Below are positions 28,837-37,532 of a stretch of DNA of 64,000 nucleotides, in pieces; the first letter of the stretch is position 1; every line of letters starts with the position of its first letter. The notes beneath the pieces were generated by a model that was not told the DNA's origin, did not search any database, and worked only from the letters and a program-made list of their open reading frames with translations. A program made the translations under genes and the position numbers. The DNA lies in assembly GCA_046350775.1 (NCBI GenBank), contig JAXLZS010000001.1:481838-545837 (forward strand), in the 5' to 3' direction. This stretch comes from Minisyncoccota bacterium (GTDB taxonomy: Bacteria > Patescibacteriota > Minisyncoccia > Phycocordibacterales > UBA5272).

Positions 28837-29373
28837 CGAAAATCTTTTTCCAGATTTATTTTTCATTCCTCTGTGAGAAATTATAAATTTTTCTGGATTG
28901 TCACACATATCCACAAACTCTTCACAAGCTTCACGAAGTCTTGAAGAGGTAGATTTGCCGAAAGATATCACTTCTACCTGAGTTGTGATTTTTAGATATT
29001 CTACTAATGGTTCAAAGTCTCCATCACCTGTCGCCAGGACGATAGCGTCTACTTTTGGTGAGATACGGATCGCATCTATTGCTAGTCCGACATCCCAGTC
29101 GCCTTTTTTGTTTCCTCCATAAAAGATTTGTAGATCTTTAGTTTTGGTCTCGATTCCAATTTTTGTTAATGCGTCAAAAAAGTTTGCTTCATCTCTTTCT
29201 TCTGTTGAGATGACATAAGCGATAGCACGTATGATATGTCTCCCTGCCACAGCTTCGTCGAGTACATTTTTAAAATTAACTTTTGCATTATAAAGATTTT
29301 TTGCACTGTGATATAGATTTTGAGCATCAATGAGCACAGCCACTCTCTGATCTTTATGTTTTATTATAGACAT
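28813..29373 (-). CDS. NYN/LabA-like PIN-fold domain protein
   Basis: VAVLIDAQNLYHSAK and ATGDGDFEPLV motifs characteristic of the NYN (LabA) domain. Confidence 0.75.
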   Translation of the reverse strand: MSIIKHKDQRVAVLIDAQNLYHSAKNLYNAKVNFKNVLDEAVAGRHIIRAIAYVISTEERDEANFFDALTKIGIETKTKDLQIFYGGNKKGDWDVGLAIDAIRISPKVDAIVLATGDGDFEPLVEYLKITTQVEVISFGKSTSSRLREACEEFVDMCDNPEKFIISHRGMKNKSGKRFSRNKKGQN

Positions 29374-29482
29374 ACAGTTTGTTTATTTAATTATTTTTAA
29401 AATATAAAATTGCACTTTTTAATTTAATATGAAAATTCTTACTTACTTATTATAGCAAGATTAATTAGATAGTTTAACAATT

Positions 29483-29511
29483 AAAAAGTCTTCAACTAGT
29501 GAAGACTTTTT
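29483..29511. terminator. Bidirectional intrinsic terminator (aaaaagtcttcaactagtgaagacttttt) downstream of rpsO
   Basis: Perfect 8-bp stem flanked by A- and T-runs. Confidence 0.75.
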
Positions 29512-29514
29512 AAT

Positions 29515-29781
29515 TTATCCACGAAGACCTAGTTTGTTTACTACCACCTTGTGTCTTTCTGGTTTATTTTTTGAAAGATATTTTAGGTGGGCTCTTCTAT
29601 CTGCTACCATTTGGATCAATCCTCTTCTTGAATGATTGTCTTTTTTGTGAGTTTTAAGATGATCAGTGACTTCTTCTATTCTGCGTGACAAAATAGCAAT
29701 CTGAGACTCTGCAGATCCTGTATCGTTGGCATGCATCTGTACATCCTTGATAGCGTTAGCTTTTTTTCTTTTTGTAAGCAT
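29515..29781 (-). CDS. rpsO: 30S ribosomal protein S15
   Basis: 88 aa; the segment ESQIAILSRRIEEVTDHLKTHKKDNHSRRGLIQMVADRRAHLKYL is a canonical S15 match. Confidence 0.9.
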   Translation of the reverse strand: MLTKRKKANAIKDVQMHANDTGSAESQIAILSRRIEEVTDHLKTHKKDNHSRRGLIQMVADRRAHLKYLSKNKPERHKVVVNKLGLRG

Positions 29782-29904
29782 AAAAATTTGTTAATTAATC
29801 TTGACTTGTATAAGTTTATATATCATATCATACTTTCCGGAAAAATGCAAGTATTATATCAAAAATTAAAAGGCTTTAAGTTCACATCTTAAAGCCTTGA
29901 TATT

Positions 29905-30090
29905 TTATCCATGTATTGGACATTCTGGGTCTGGGTTTGGGTTATCATTGTGTACTGGGCAATAATTACTTACATGATAAACTCCTTTTTTTTCATCCCA
30001 GTTCTCAGGTGGTGGATTTTGACAATCGCATTTAGTTGGGCACGTACATTTTTTAATTCTAAAAATCTTTTTCAATATTTTTTTTAACAT
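29905..30090 (-). CDS. Small Cys-rich protein (8 Cys; CTCPTKCDCQ…CPVH…CPIH) with a basic amphipathic N-terminus
   Basis: Intact 61-aa ORF in its own intergenic slot between rpsO and the xer gene. No recognised family. Confidence 0.35.
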   Translation of the reverse strand: MLKKILKKIFRIKKCTCPTKCDCQNPPPENWDEKKGVYHVSNYCPVHNDNPNPDPECPIHG

Positions 30091-30198
30091 AATCTTAATT
30101 TTATGTGTGAAAAATATAATTTATATATAACTTATTTAATATTATTAAATAACCAAGTTTTTGTCAATTATATTTTTCTTTATTTTTTCTGTTAAAAT

Positions 30199-31236
30199 AT
30201 GTATATGTCGCAAAATATTTCAAAAAAAGACCTTATAGATTTGAAAAATAGCTTCTTAGAGTATGTAGAAATTGAAAAAGGGCGCTCTCTTTTGACGGTT
30301 AGAAATTATGATCACTATCTAAATAGATTTATAAAATTTCTCGAGCAAAGCAAAGTCAGCTCTGTCGACGATAGAGTTATGCGTGAGTATAGACTTTATA
30401 TAAATCGCCTCCCTGCTACGACCAATAAAAGCTCAAAAAATAAATTATCAGAAACTCTTGATAAAAAGACTCAAAATTATCATCTGATTGCCCTCCGTGC
30501 TTTTTTAAAATATTGCCGCAAAAAAGGAGTTTTGATTTTTGATCCAGAAAAAATAGAATTGGCTAAGACTTCTCAAAGAGAGCTAGATCTAATTTCCGAA
30601 AAAGATCTAGAAAATCTACTAGATTCACCAAGTAAATTTTATGAGATGAAAGTGAATGAGGACATTGGAAAGAAAAATAAAAATACAGCACTTTTGAGAC
30701 AAAAATTATTTTTAACTTCACTTCGTGATAAGGCTATACTAGAGACATTTTTTTCTACAGGTCTACGTGTCTCCGAGCTTTGCTCTCTTGATCGTGATGA
30801 AGATCTTTCTTCTGGTGAAATATCAGTCAGAGGAAAAGGCGGAAAGATAAGAGTGGTCTTTTTTTCTGATGCAGCCATAGATGCTATAAAAAAATATTTA
30901 AAAGAAAGAGTGGATGTAGATGACTCTATGTTTATAGATTTGTCTCTCACATCTGGCGGGAGAATAAAAAATGGTAAAGACCTAAGGCTCACACCTCGCT
31001 CAGTAGAGAGGATTATAAAAAAGTATGCAGAGTTTGTTGGTATTTCAAAAAAGTGTACCCCTCATGTTCTTCGTCACTCTTTTGCGACAGATCTACTTCG
31101 TAATGGCGCCGATCTGCGTACTGTGCAAATGATGCTTGGACATGCAAGTATTTCTACGACCCAGATTTATACCAATGTCACCAACAAATTCCTTAAAGAT
31201 CAGTTTAAAAAATTTCACGGGAAAGATCGTAAATAA
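30199..31236 (+). CDS. Tyrosine site-specific recombinase, XerC/XerD family
   Basis: C-terminal catalytic region HVLRHSFATDLLRNGADLRTVQMMLGHASISTTQIYTNV (R..HxxR…Y) and an N-terminal SAM-like core-binding domain. Confidence 0.85.
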   Translation: MYMSQNISKKDLIDLKNSFLEYVEIEKGRSLLTVRNYDHYLNRFIKFLEQSKVSSVDDRVMREYRLYINRLPATTNKSSKNKLSETLDKKTQNYHLIALRAFLKYCRKKGVLIFDPEKIELAKTSQRELDLISEKDLENLLDSPSKFYEMKVNEDIGKKNKNTALLRQKLFLTSLRDKAILETFFSTGLRVSELCSLDRDEDLSSGEISVRGKGGKIRVVFFSDAAIDAIKKYLKERVDVDDSMFIDLSLTSGGRIKNGKDLRLTPRSVERIIKKYAEFVGISKKCTPHVLRHSFATDLLRNGADLRTVQMMLGHASISTTQIYTNVTNKFLKDQFKKFHGKDRK

Positions 31237-31238
31237 AA

Positions 31239-31296
31239 GAAAAGTATTTTTTCAAGTTGGGCCCCGCAAGCGAAAAACTTTCAAAAACACTTTTCT
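31239..31296. repeat. Copy A of a ~56-nt palindromic element with AT-rich complementary arms and a GC-rich core (gccccgcaagcg)
   Basis: Left arm gaaaagtattttttcaagtt and the reverse complement of the right arm, gaaaagtgtttttgaaagtt, match at 17 of 20 positions. It is one of three related elements; the others are at 42340 and 45241. Confidence 0.6.
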
Positions 31297-31319
31297 TTTA
31301 TTTGTGCTAAAATATTTTT

Positions 31320-32087
31320 ATGAAAATAATAACTTGGAATGTAAATGGTCTTAGAGCGATAGAGAAAAAAGGAGAGTTGGATAATCTTATTAAAAAATAT
31401 AATCCTGATATCCTTTGTCTTCAAGAGACAAAGTCGGAAATGGAGCAGCTTCACGATAATACTAAAAATAAAGAAGGATATTATTCTTTTTTCGAGTCCT
31501 CAAAAATGAGAAAAGGATATAGTGGTGTGGCTATTTATACAAAGATTCATCCAGTAAAAGTGACTGGTACAATGGGATATAAAGAAGAGGAATTTTTAGA
31601 TAATGAAGGTAGGACTATCATTGCTGAGTACCAAGATTTTTATTTAATAAACTGTTATTGGCCAAATGGAGGAAAAAGTGAAGAGCATTTTAATTATAAA
31701 TTAGAATATTATAAAAGATTTTTAGATCTGGCTAGAAAATTAGAAAAGAAAAAACCTGTCATCTTTTGTGGTGATGTAAATGCGACAGTGGCTGACATTG
31801 ATCTTGCTAGGCCAAAAGAAAATGCTGGACATGTTGGTTGTACTAGAGAAGAGAGAGACCTGTTAGCTGATTTTAAAAAATATTTTTTGGATATATGGAG
31901 AGAAGAAAATCCTAAAAAAGAAGAATACACTTGGTGGGATATGAAGACAAGAGCGCGTGATAGAAATATTGGATGGAGAATTGACTATTTTTTCATTTCA
32001 AAAATTTTAAAAAATAAAGTTAAACAAATAAAAATACTGGGCGATCAACTCGGTTCTGATCATTGCCCAGTATTTTTAGAAATCTAA
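31320..32087 (+). CDS. xth: Exodeoxyribonuclease III (AP endonuclease)
   Basis: MKIITWNVNGLRA…DILCLQETK and a C-terminal SDHCPV motif. Confidence 0.9.
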   Translation: MKIITWNVNGLRAIEKKGELDNLIKKYNPDILCLQETKSEMEQLHDNTKNKEGYYSFFESSKMRKGYSGVAIYTKIHPVKVTGTMGYKEEEFLDNEGRTIIAEYQDFYLINCYWPNGGKSEEHFNYKLEYYKRFLDLARKLEKKKPVIFCGDVNATVADIDLARPKENAGHVGCTREERDLLADFKKYFLDIWREENPKKEEYTWWDMKTRARDRNIGWRIDYFFISKILKNKVKQIKILGDQLGSDHCPVFLEI

Positions 32088-32098
32088 TTTTTTATTTT

Positions 32099-32947
32099 CT
32101 ATTTTACAAATATTGAAGGAGGGGTATTTGTATTTATGCAGGTATTAATAGTTATGATTTTTGTTTCTGCGCATATTCCAGGATAAACATTGAGATATCC
32201 CCACTCTGGTCCAGATACGGTGCCATATTCTGCACATATATTTTGATTTGGAGCAATATCTTCATTTGTGTGCTGAATACCAGAAGGATCTATGTATGAA
32301 TTATTTTTTATAGTTGCTCCAGTATTATTATAGTATTCTGTATAAGTCTTTATAATTTGTTTATTTGTGTCACAGTCTAAGATAGTTATAGGTTTACTGT
32401 AAATTCTTACAGTTGTACTTATCGAATTGCTACCGTATGCATACAGATCTACAATTCTGCTAGAATAATAGTCATCAGCAGGTGTATTACTTGGTATTAT
32501 CATTGTGTCTTCAAAATAAGGTTCAACGTCTTGTATGCTATTTCCAGATAAAGATATGTCATTTTGAGTTTCTATATTTGGATTGCCAAAAGAAATTTTT
32601 AGAAGTGAAGGAGCTCTAGATACATAGTGAGGGGGTACAGGTGTGCAATTAGTATCGTCTCTTACAACAACATTGTCCTCTATTACATATTGTTCATTAC
32701 ATTCTGTTGAATCAGTAATGTTTGATATTTGTCTCAATGTTTCACCTTTGCCATATAAATCCTTATCCGTAGATAGTGTTAAGGTAAGAGTATTATACCA
32801 GCGAGATTCCGTCCAACTTGATCCAGCTCCCGCAGCTACGCTAGCTGTAGTGTATTCGATAACATAATAAGTGTATGCACTGGCAGTATGTATTTCTATC
32901 AAAAATATTATCGCCAATAAAATCATCTTATAGTTTTTAAATTTCAT
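32099..32947 (-). CDS. Secreted protein, unknown function
   Basis: Signal peptide (MILLAIIFLIEIHTASA) and Cys-containing T/N-rich mature region; intact ORF. Confidence 0.5.
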   Translation of the reverse strand: MKFKNYKMILLAIIFLIEIHTASAYTYYVIEYTTASVAAGAGSSWTESRWYNTLTLTLSTDKDLYGKGETLRQISNITDSTECNEQYVIEDNVVVRDDTNCTPVPPHYVSRAPSLLKISFGNPNIETQNDISLSGNSIQDVEPYFEDTMIIPSNTPADDYYSSRIVDLYAYGSNSISTTVRIYSKPITILDCDTNKQIIKTYTEYYNNTGATIKNNSYIDPSGIQHTNEDIAPNQNICAEYGTVSGPEWGYLNVYPGICAETKIITINTCINTNTPPSIFVK

Positions 32948-32952
32948 AAATT

Positions 32953-34257
32953 TTAATTGTCCATACTCTCTCTCTTTTTAAGAGATGTTATTCCGTATCC
33001 GACTAATACTAAGACTATCAAGAATACAAACATGTATATTTTATTTATGCCATTTATGGTTGTAGCAGTATGTACATCTGGATTTATATTTATATCTGTC
33101 ACAGGATTATTAAGATTAATCTTGGTCGAGTCCAATATATTTCCTTTTTCATCAGCTATACTTACACTAGCAACGTCTCCAGCACAATCTCTCTCGATAT
33201 TTATTTTTAGGCTTTCTTTTCCTATGGATACTGGCGTACTAGAACTTGATTTAGAATACGATCCACAAACATTTCCATTTTTATCAGATATTGTAGCTTT
33301 TATAGTATTCTTTGATAGGTTTGACCCATTCCAAAATACTTCAAGGTTTGCAATATCGCCTTTTTTGTATTCTGTTTTATCTAGTATTGTATTTTGTATT
33401 GTCGCAGAAGACCCAGTGACTCTATACACTATTTTATTTGAAAGAGAAATTTTTGCTTGAGAGCTATTAATTAAAAACGTGTCTACAAAATAAATTTGTG
33501 GATTTGTATTCGTTGGCAATTCAAAAGATATGTCCTGTGAAGTTTTTGCTTTTATTGAGATATCCTGCTCTATGATGTTTTTGGAAACAATATCACCAAA
33601 CTGATCTCTTTTGTGAGTAATGAGGCTTATTTTTAGATTGTTGAGATTGTTGTTTCCATTGTTTGATATTTTACAATTTGTAATCAAAATATCATTTGAG
33701 GAAATACTTATTCCTTGTTCAGAGGCGTATTTTGTAGAAGAAGCATCGTCTTTTATTGATAAGTAGCAGCCATCTATAGTGGGCGCTATATAGTTATTAT
33801 TTATTGTAATAATTCTTTCTGGAAATCCAGCTGGCATATATGCTAAAGGAAGACCATTTTGATTTTTTACAACTATCATCAATTTATATTTACCGCTTAT
33901 TATAAACTTAGGTAGTGTATATTTGATTTGAATATTTTTTGATCCTTGAGGCCCAAGTGTCAGAGCTTCATTTGCTAATTGAGTATCAATGATAGCAGAA
34001 GTCGATGCGTCTAAAAGTTGGAGTCCGTATCTGATATTTGACTGTATTCCTTCATGATTATAAATTTGGAATGATACAGAATAATTGTCTGCATCTATTT
34101 TTGTACTGGTAGCATTGTACACATCGACTGTGGCTACAAGCAGAGCAGTTGTTTTTATTGGTGTTGTAGTTTTTGAAGCGGTAGCAGCTTTTACTTTTAC
34201 CCCCACAAAACTAATTATCAATAAAGTCGATAAAAGTATTGTTAATATTTTTTTCAT
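32953..34257 (-). CDS. Cell-surface protein with N-terminal signal peptide and C-terminal TM anchor, unknown function
   Basis: Signal (LLSTLLIISFVGVKVKA), ~380-aa T/S/N-rich probable beta-rich ectodomain and a C-terminal IYMFVFLIVLVLVGYGITSLKKRE anchor. Confidence 0.55.
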   Translation of the reverse strand: MKKILTILLSTLLIISFVGVKVKAATASKTTTPIKTTALLVATVDVYNATSTKIDADNYSVSFQIYNHEGIQSNIRYGLQLLDASTSAIIDTQLANEALTLGPQGSKNIQIKYTLPKFIISGKYKLMIVVKNQNGLPLAYMPAGFPERIITINNNYIAPTIDGCYLSIKDDASSTKYASEQGISISSNDILITNCKISNNGNNNLNNLKISLITHKRDQFGDIVSKNIIEQDISIKAKTSQDISFELPTNTNPQIYFVDTFLINSSQAKISLSNKIVYRVTGSSATIQNTILDKTEYKKGDIANLEVFWNGSNLSKNTIKATISDKNGNVCGSYSKSSSSTPVSIGKESLKINIERDCAGDVASVSIADEKGNILDSTKINLNNPVTDININPDVHTATTINGINKIYMFVFLIVLVLVGYGITSLKKRESMDN

Positions 34258-34432
34258 TTTTTTGTTTTGTAAATAAATTAATAAATATAAAGTTTAATAA
34301 TAAACCAAACTCTATAGAATCTCTCAATTCATACTTGAATTATATCAGAGTATCTATGTTTATTATTTTATTTTATCCACAAAAATACTCACCAGTTTTA
34401 TTTGATGAGTATTTTATGTTGTCTTGTATTGA

Positions 34433-34678
34433 TTAGTCTTTTTGGCTTTTTTTAATTCGCATTTTTTTGTGTTCATGTTTTTGCCCTCTATTTTCTTTTA
34501 CGGCTTTATGGAGCTGGGATTCTATTTTTGTCTGATAATATTTATAGGCAGGAGATATCGCATTCCCATTGCTATTACTAATATTTTGAGCGCTACTAAA
34601 CATCATTGTAGATGCCAGAGCCGCTCCAGATAAAGCTATTAAAGTTTTTTGTATTCTTTGTGATCTGTATCTTCGCAT
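34433..34678 (-). CDS. Small secreted basic protein, unknown function
   Basis: 81 aa with a signal-like LIALSGAALASTMMFSSAQN segment. Weak support. Confidence 0.3.
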   Translation of the reverse strand: MRRYRSQRIQKTLIALSGAALASTMMFSSAQNISNSNGNAISPAYKYYQTKIESQLHKAVKENRGQKHEHKKMRIKKSQKD

Positions 34679-34892
34679 AATTATTTTAATAATTAATATG
34701 TTTTTAAAATTTTAAATGAGCTTATAAAATAAAACTAACTAAATTTTGTTTGAAATTACACACCATTTTCTTATTTTTTTGGATTTTCTGTAATTTATCT
34801 CATCCAGTATGCTTTATATTACAATGTTTTTTTAAAAATATTACAAAAATTATAACGACTTTTGCTTTTTAACAAATAAACAAATATTTTTG

Positions 34893-35993
34893 TTATTTCA
34901 AAGCCTTAATTCCTGGTAATTTTCCTTCATTTGACAGGAAATCTAACATTGCTCCACCGGCTGTTGAGACAAAGATATTATTTTCTGATTTTATTTTTAA
35001 TTTTTTAGTGAAAACCAATGTATCTCCTCCGCCAATGAGTATATTGTTCTTATTTTTTTTGATTTCTTTTAGTGTGGCTATAGTCCCAAAAGAGAATCCT
35101 TGTTCATAATTACCTAATGGTCCATTCATTATTATATTTTTAGAATTTTTAATCTCTGCTTTAAGTATTGAGAAAGTAGCTGGTCCTATATCAGAGATTT
35201 TATCTTTTTTATTTAAAAGATTTATATCTTTTAAATTGTTATCTGCCAATATAGTATCCACAGGTAGTAGTATTTTTTTATTTTTTATATTGTTGAATAA
35301 ATCTTTCTTTTCAGATTCGGATAATTTAAAATTCTCCTCTACGGCCGATTGCCCAATTTCATTATTTATTACGTCTTTTAGTATTTGGTTGGCTATTCCT
35401 CCCCCCACAAATATCTTATTTCCATTTTTTAATAATTTTTTTATAAGAGGTAATTTTGTAGATATTTTTATACCAGAAATTATGACTAAAGTATTATTTT
35501 TTGGATTTTTAGATAATTTGATAGTCTTATTTATTGTGTTTATCTCTTTTTTTGCCAAATCTCCCAGTCTTATTTTTTTTCCTTGTCTTTTAAAGATTTT
35601 TGGGATACCTACTATTGAAGCGTGGGCTCTGTGCATACTAGCAAAGGCGTCATCAATATATTCATCTCCCTTGTCTGAAAAATATTTTGATGTTTTTATG
35701 AATTCTTTAGAATTTAGTTTGGCAGTTTCCCCTTTTTGCCAACGAACATTTTCTAAAATTTCAATATTTTCATTTTCTTTTTTATCAAGTTTTTTCCTGA
35801 GATAGTTTTCGACTGGTTTTAAAGTTTCATTTTTTTCTCCTTTTCCTAGATGTGACAATATTATGATTTTATTTTTTTTAGAGAGTTTTTTGATTTCTGG
35901 TATGACAGCGTCAATTCTTTCTGTTTCCAATATTTTATTATTTTGATAATCAATAGGCACATTTAGATCAAGTCTTAAAAGTATTTTTTTCAT
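34893..35993 (-). CDS. pgk: Phosphoglycerate kinase
   Basis: RLDLNVP, DAFASMHRAHAS, GGGIANQIL and STAGGAMLDFL motifs. Confidence 0.85.
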   Translation of the reverse strand: MKKILLRLDLNVPIDYQNNKILETERIDAVIPEIKKLSKKNKIIILSHLGKGEKNETLKPVENYLRKKLDKKENENIEILENVRWQKGETAKLNSKEFIKTSKYFSDKGDEYIDDAFASMHRAHASIVGIPKIFKRQGKKIRLGDLAKKEINTINKTIKLSKNPKNNTLVIISGIKISTKLPLIKKLLKNGNKIFVGGGIANQILKDVINNEIGQSAVEENFKLSESEKKDLFNNIKNKKILLPVDTILADNNLKDINLLNKKDKISDIGPATFSILKAEIKNSKNIIMNGPLGNYEQGFSFGTIATLKEIKKNKNNILIGGGDTLVFTKKLKIKSENNIFVSTAGGAMLDFLSNEGKLPGIKALK

Positions 35994-36012
35994 GATTTTT
36001 ATTTTTTGTGAT

Positions 36013-36969
36013 TTATTTTATAGTATAAATTATTTTTGCTAAAACTTCTGGTGATAGTGATTCTTCATTCACCAAGACTCCATCTACTCCACCGCTTTTC
36101 ATTATTTCTTTTATATTGTTTTCTGTTATTTTTCCACTGTAAACTATTTTTATTTTTTTTGCATTATCAATACCAAACATATTTGCTACAGTTCTTCTTA
36201 TGGCTATTGTCTTTTCCAAACAATCGTCCATGTCTGTTTGCTCTATTTTTGAAAATTCTCCTCCTGGCTCATAGCATATTATCAATTTATCAAATAGATT
36301 GTAGTGTAGATTTTTTATAGTTTTTTTAATTATTTCATTTATACTTTTAAAGTCTTCTAAATTATTTTCTTTTATAAAAAAGATTGCAATCACTCCATTT
36401 TCTAGTGTCGCTCTTATTTTTTCTTCTAGTTTTTCTAGCTTTTTTAAAGCTGGTGATATTATTTTACTTTCCTCTCTTTTTTCTTCTTCTATTTTTCTAC
36501 TTACACCATTTAGTCTTTCTAGCAATATCTTATTTGCTTCTATCTTTCCATTTTTTCTATCCTCTTTTTTAGCTTTCTCCATCTCTTTATCATTTATATT
36601 TTCTAAAATATTCTCTTCGTGAAATATATCCGAATCATTTAGTATTACAAACTGGGCGCCCACACTCTTTAGTTGTGTGAGAGATATAGAATTGTTTATA
36701 TTTGAGACCTCTACTTCGTCAAAGTTTTGAGCCCCAATGAGTATATTTTTTAAATTTCTATTCTTTTTTTCATTTATAAAAGTTTGGATTGGAAATATAA
36801 ATGGTGATGGTAAAGATAAAAGAAAATTTAAACTCTTATTTTTCTTATTTTTCTTTTGTAAAATATCAAATTCTTTACTTAATTTTTCTAGCGTTTTTTT
36901 AGCTTCTGATAGACTTTTTGGATTGCTTTTCCAATTACTTATAATTATAGGTGTTTTTAATTTTGACAT
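36013..36969 (-). CDS. tpiA: Triosephosphate isomerase-like protein (divergent, with insertions; canonical GHSERR loop replaced)
   Basis: IISNWKSN (catalytic Lys region), IGAQNF, ICYEPGG (catalytic Glu region), YSGKI…VDGVLVNEESL. It lies next to pgk, the usual pgk-tpiA synteny. The His-loop reads VILNDSDIFHEE instead of VILGHSERR. Confidence 0.6.
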   Translation of the reverse strand: MSKLKTPIIISNWKSNPKSLSEAKKTLEKLSKEFDILQKKNKKNKSLNFLLSLPSPFIFPIQTFINEKKNRNLKNILIGAQNFDEVEVSNINNSISLTQLKSVGAQFVILNDSDIFHEENILENINDKEMEKAKKEDRKNGKIEANKILLERLNGVSRKIEEEKREESKIISPALKKLEKLEEKIRATLENGVIAIFFIKENNLEDFKSINEIIKKTIKNLHYNLFDKLIICYEPGGEFSKIEQTDMDDCLEKTIAIRRTVANMFGIDNAKKIKIVYSGKITENNIKEIMKSGGVDGVLVNEESLSPEVLAKIIYTIK

Positions 36970-37005
36970 GAAAATATTTTATCATAAAAAATATTTTCTG
37001 ATAAA

Positions 37006-37503
37006 TTATTTTAATTTGTCAGCTGCTTCCGTTGCTAGCTTGTCAGCCATCTCATTACCTTTTATGCCAGCATGACCCTCGACATATTCCCAGGATATTT
37101 CTTTAAATCCTCTTTCTTCTAATTTTTCATTTATTATATTTTTTAATTTTAACAATTCTTGCCAAAGCTCTTTGTTGGCGACTTCTTTTCTATTAGATCC
37201 TTTCCAGTTATTTTTCTCCCAACCTTTTATCCATTCTGTGATTCCATGTTTTACATATTTAGAATCAAGCTTTATTTTTATTTTTACTTCTTGATTATCT
37301 AATATTTTAGAAATATTCTTTTTAAGATATTTCAGAGACTCAATCGCTGCGATCAGCTCCATCTTGTTATTTGTTGTATCTTTTTCTCCTCCAGAAAGAT
37401 TGGTAGTATAAAGTTTATCTTTTATTACTTCAATATAAACTCCCCACCCACCAGGTCCAGGATTGCCACGACTTGCTCCATCGGTATAAAGTGTTATTTT
37501 CAT
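37006..37503 (-). CDS. rnhA: Ribonuclease HI
   Basis: ITLYTDGASRGNPGPGGWGV… and C-terminal EGHAGIKGNEMADKLA motifs. Confidence 0.85.
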   Translation of the reverse strand: MKITLYTDGASRGNPGPGGWGVYIEVIKDKLYTTNLSGGEKDTTNNKMELIAAIESLKYLKKNISKILDNQEVKIKIKLDSKYVKHGITEWIKGWEKNNWKGSNRKEVANKELWQELLKLKNIINEKLEERGFKEISWEYVEGHAGIKGNEMADKLATEAADKLK

Positions 37504-37532
37504 AAAAATATTTTAACACAAAACTTATATAT

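Noticed and set aside
30199-31236. Integrase marking a mobile element boundary
   Set aside because: The recombinase has XerC/D-type features. It is flanked by housekeeping genes (rpsO, xth) with no att-like direct repeats or cargo genes visible. It is treated as the chromosomal Xer recombinase.
35236-36572. Plus-strand ORFs inside pgk and the tpiA-like gene (35236-35805, 36036-36320, 36384-36572)
   Set aside because: Antisense to genes with clear enzyme motifs; F/L-rich artefacts.
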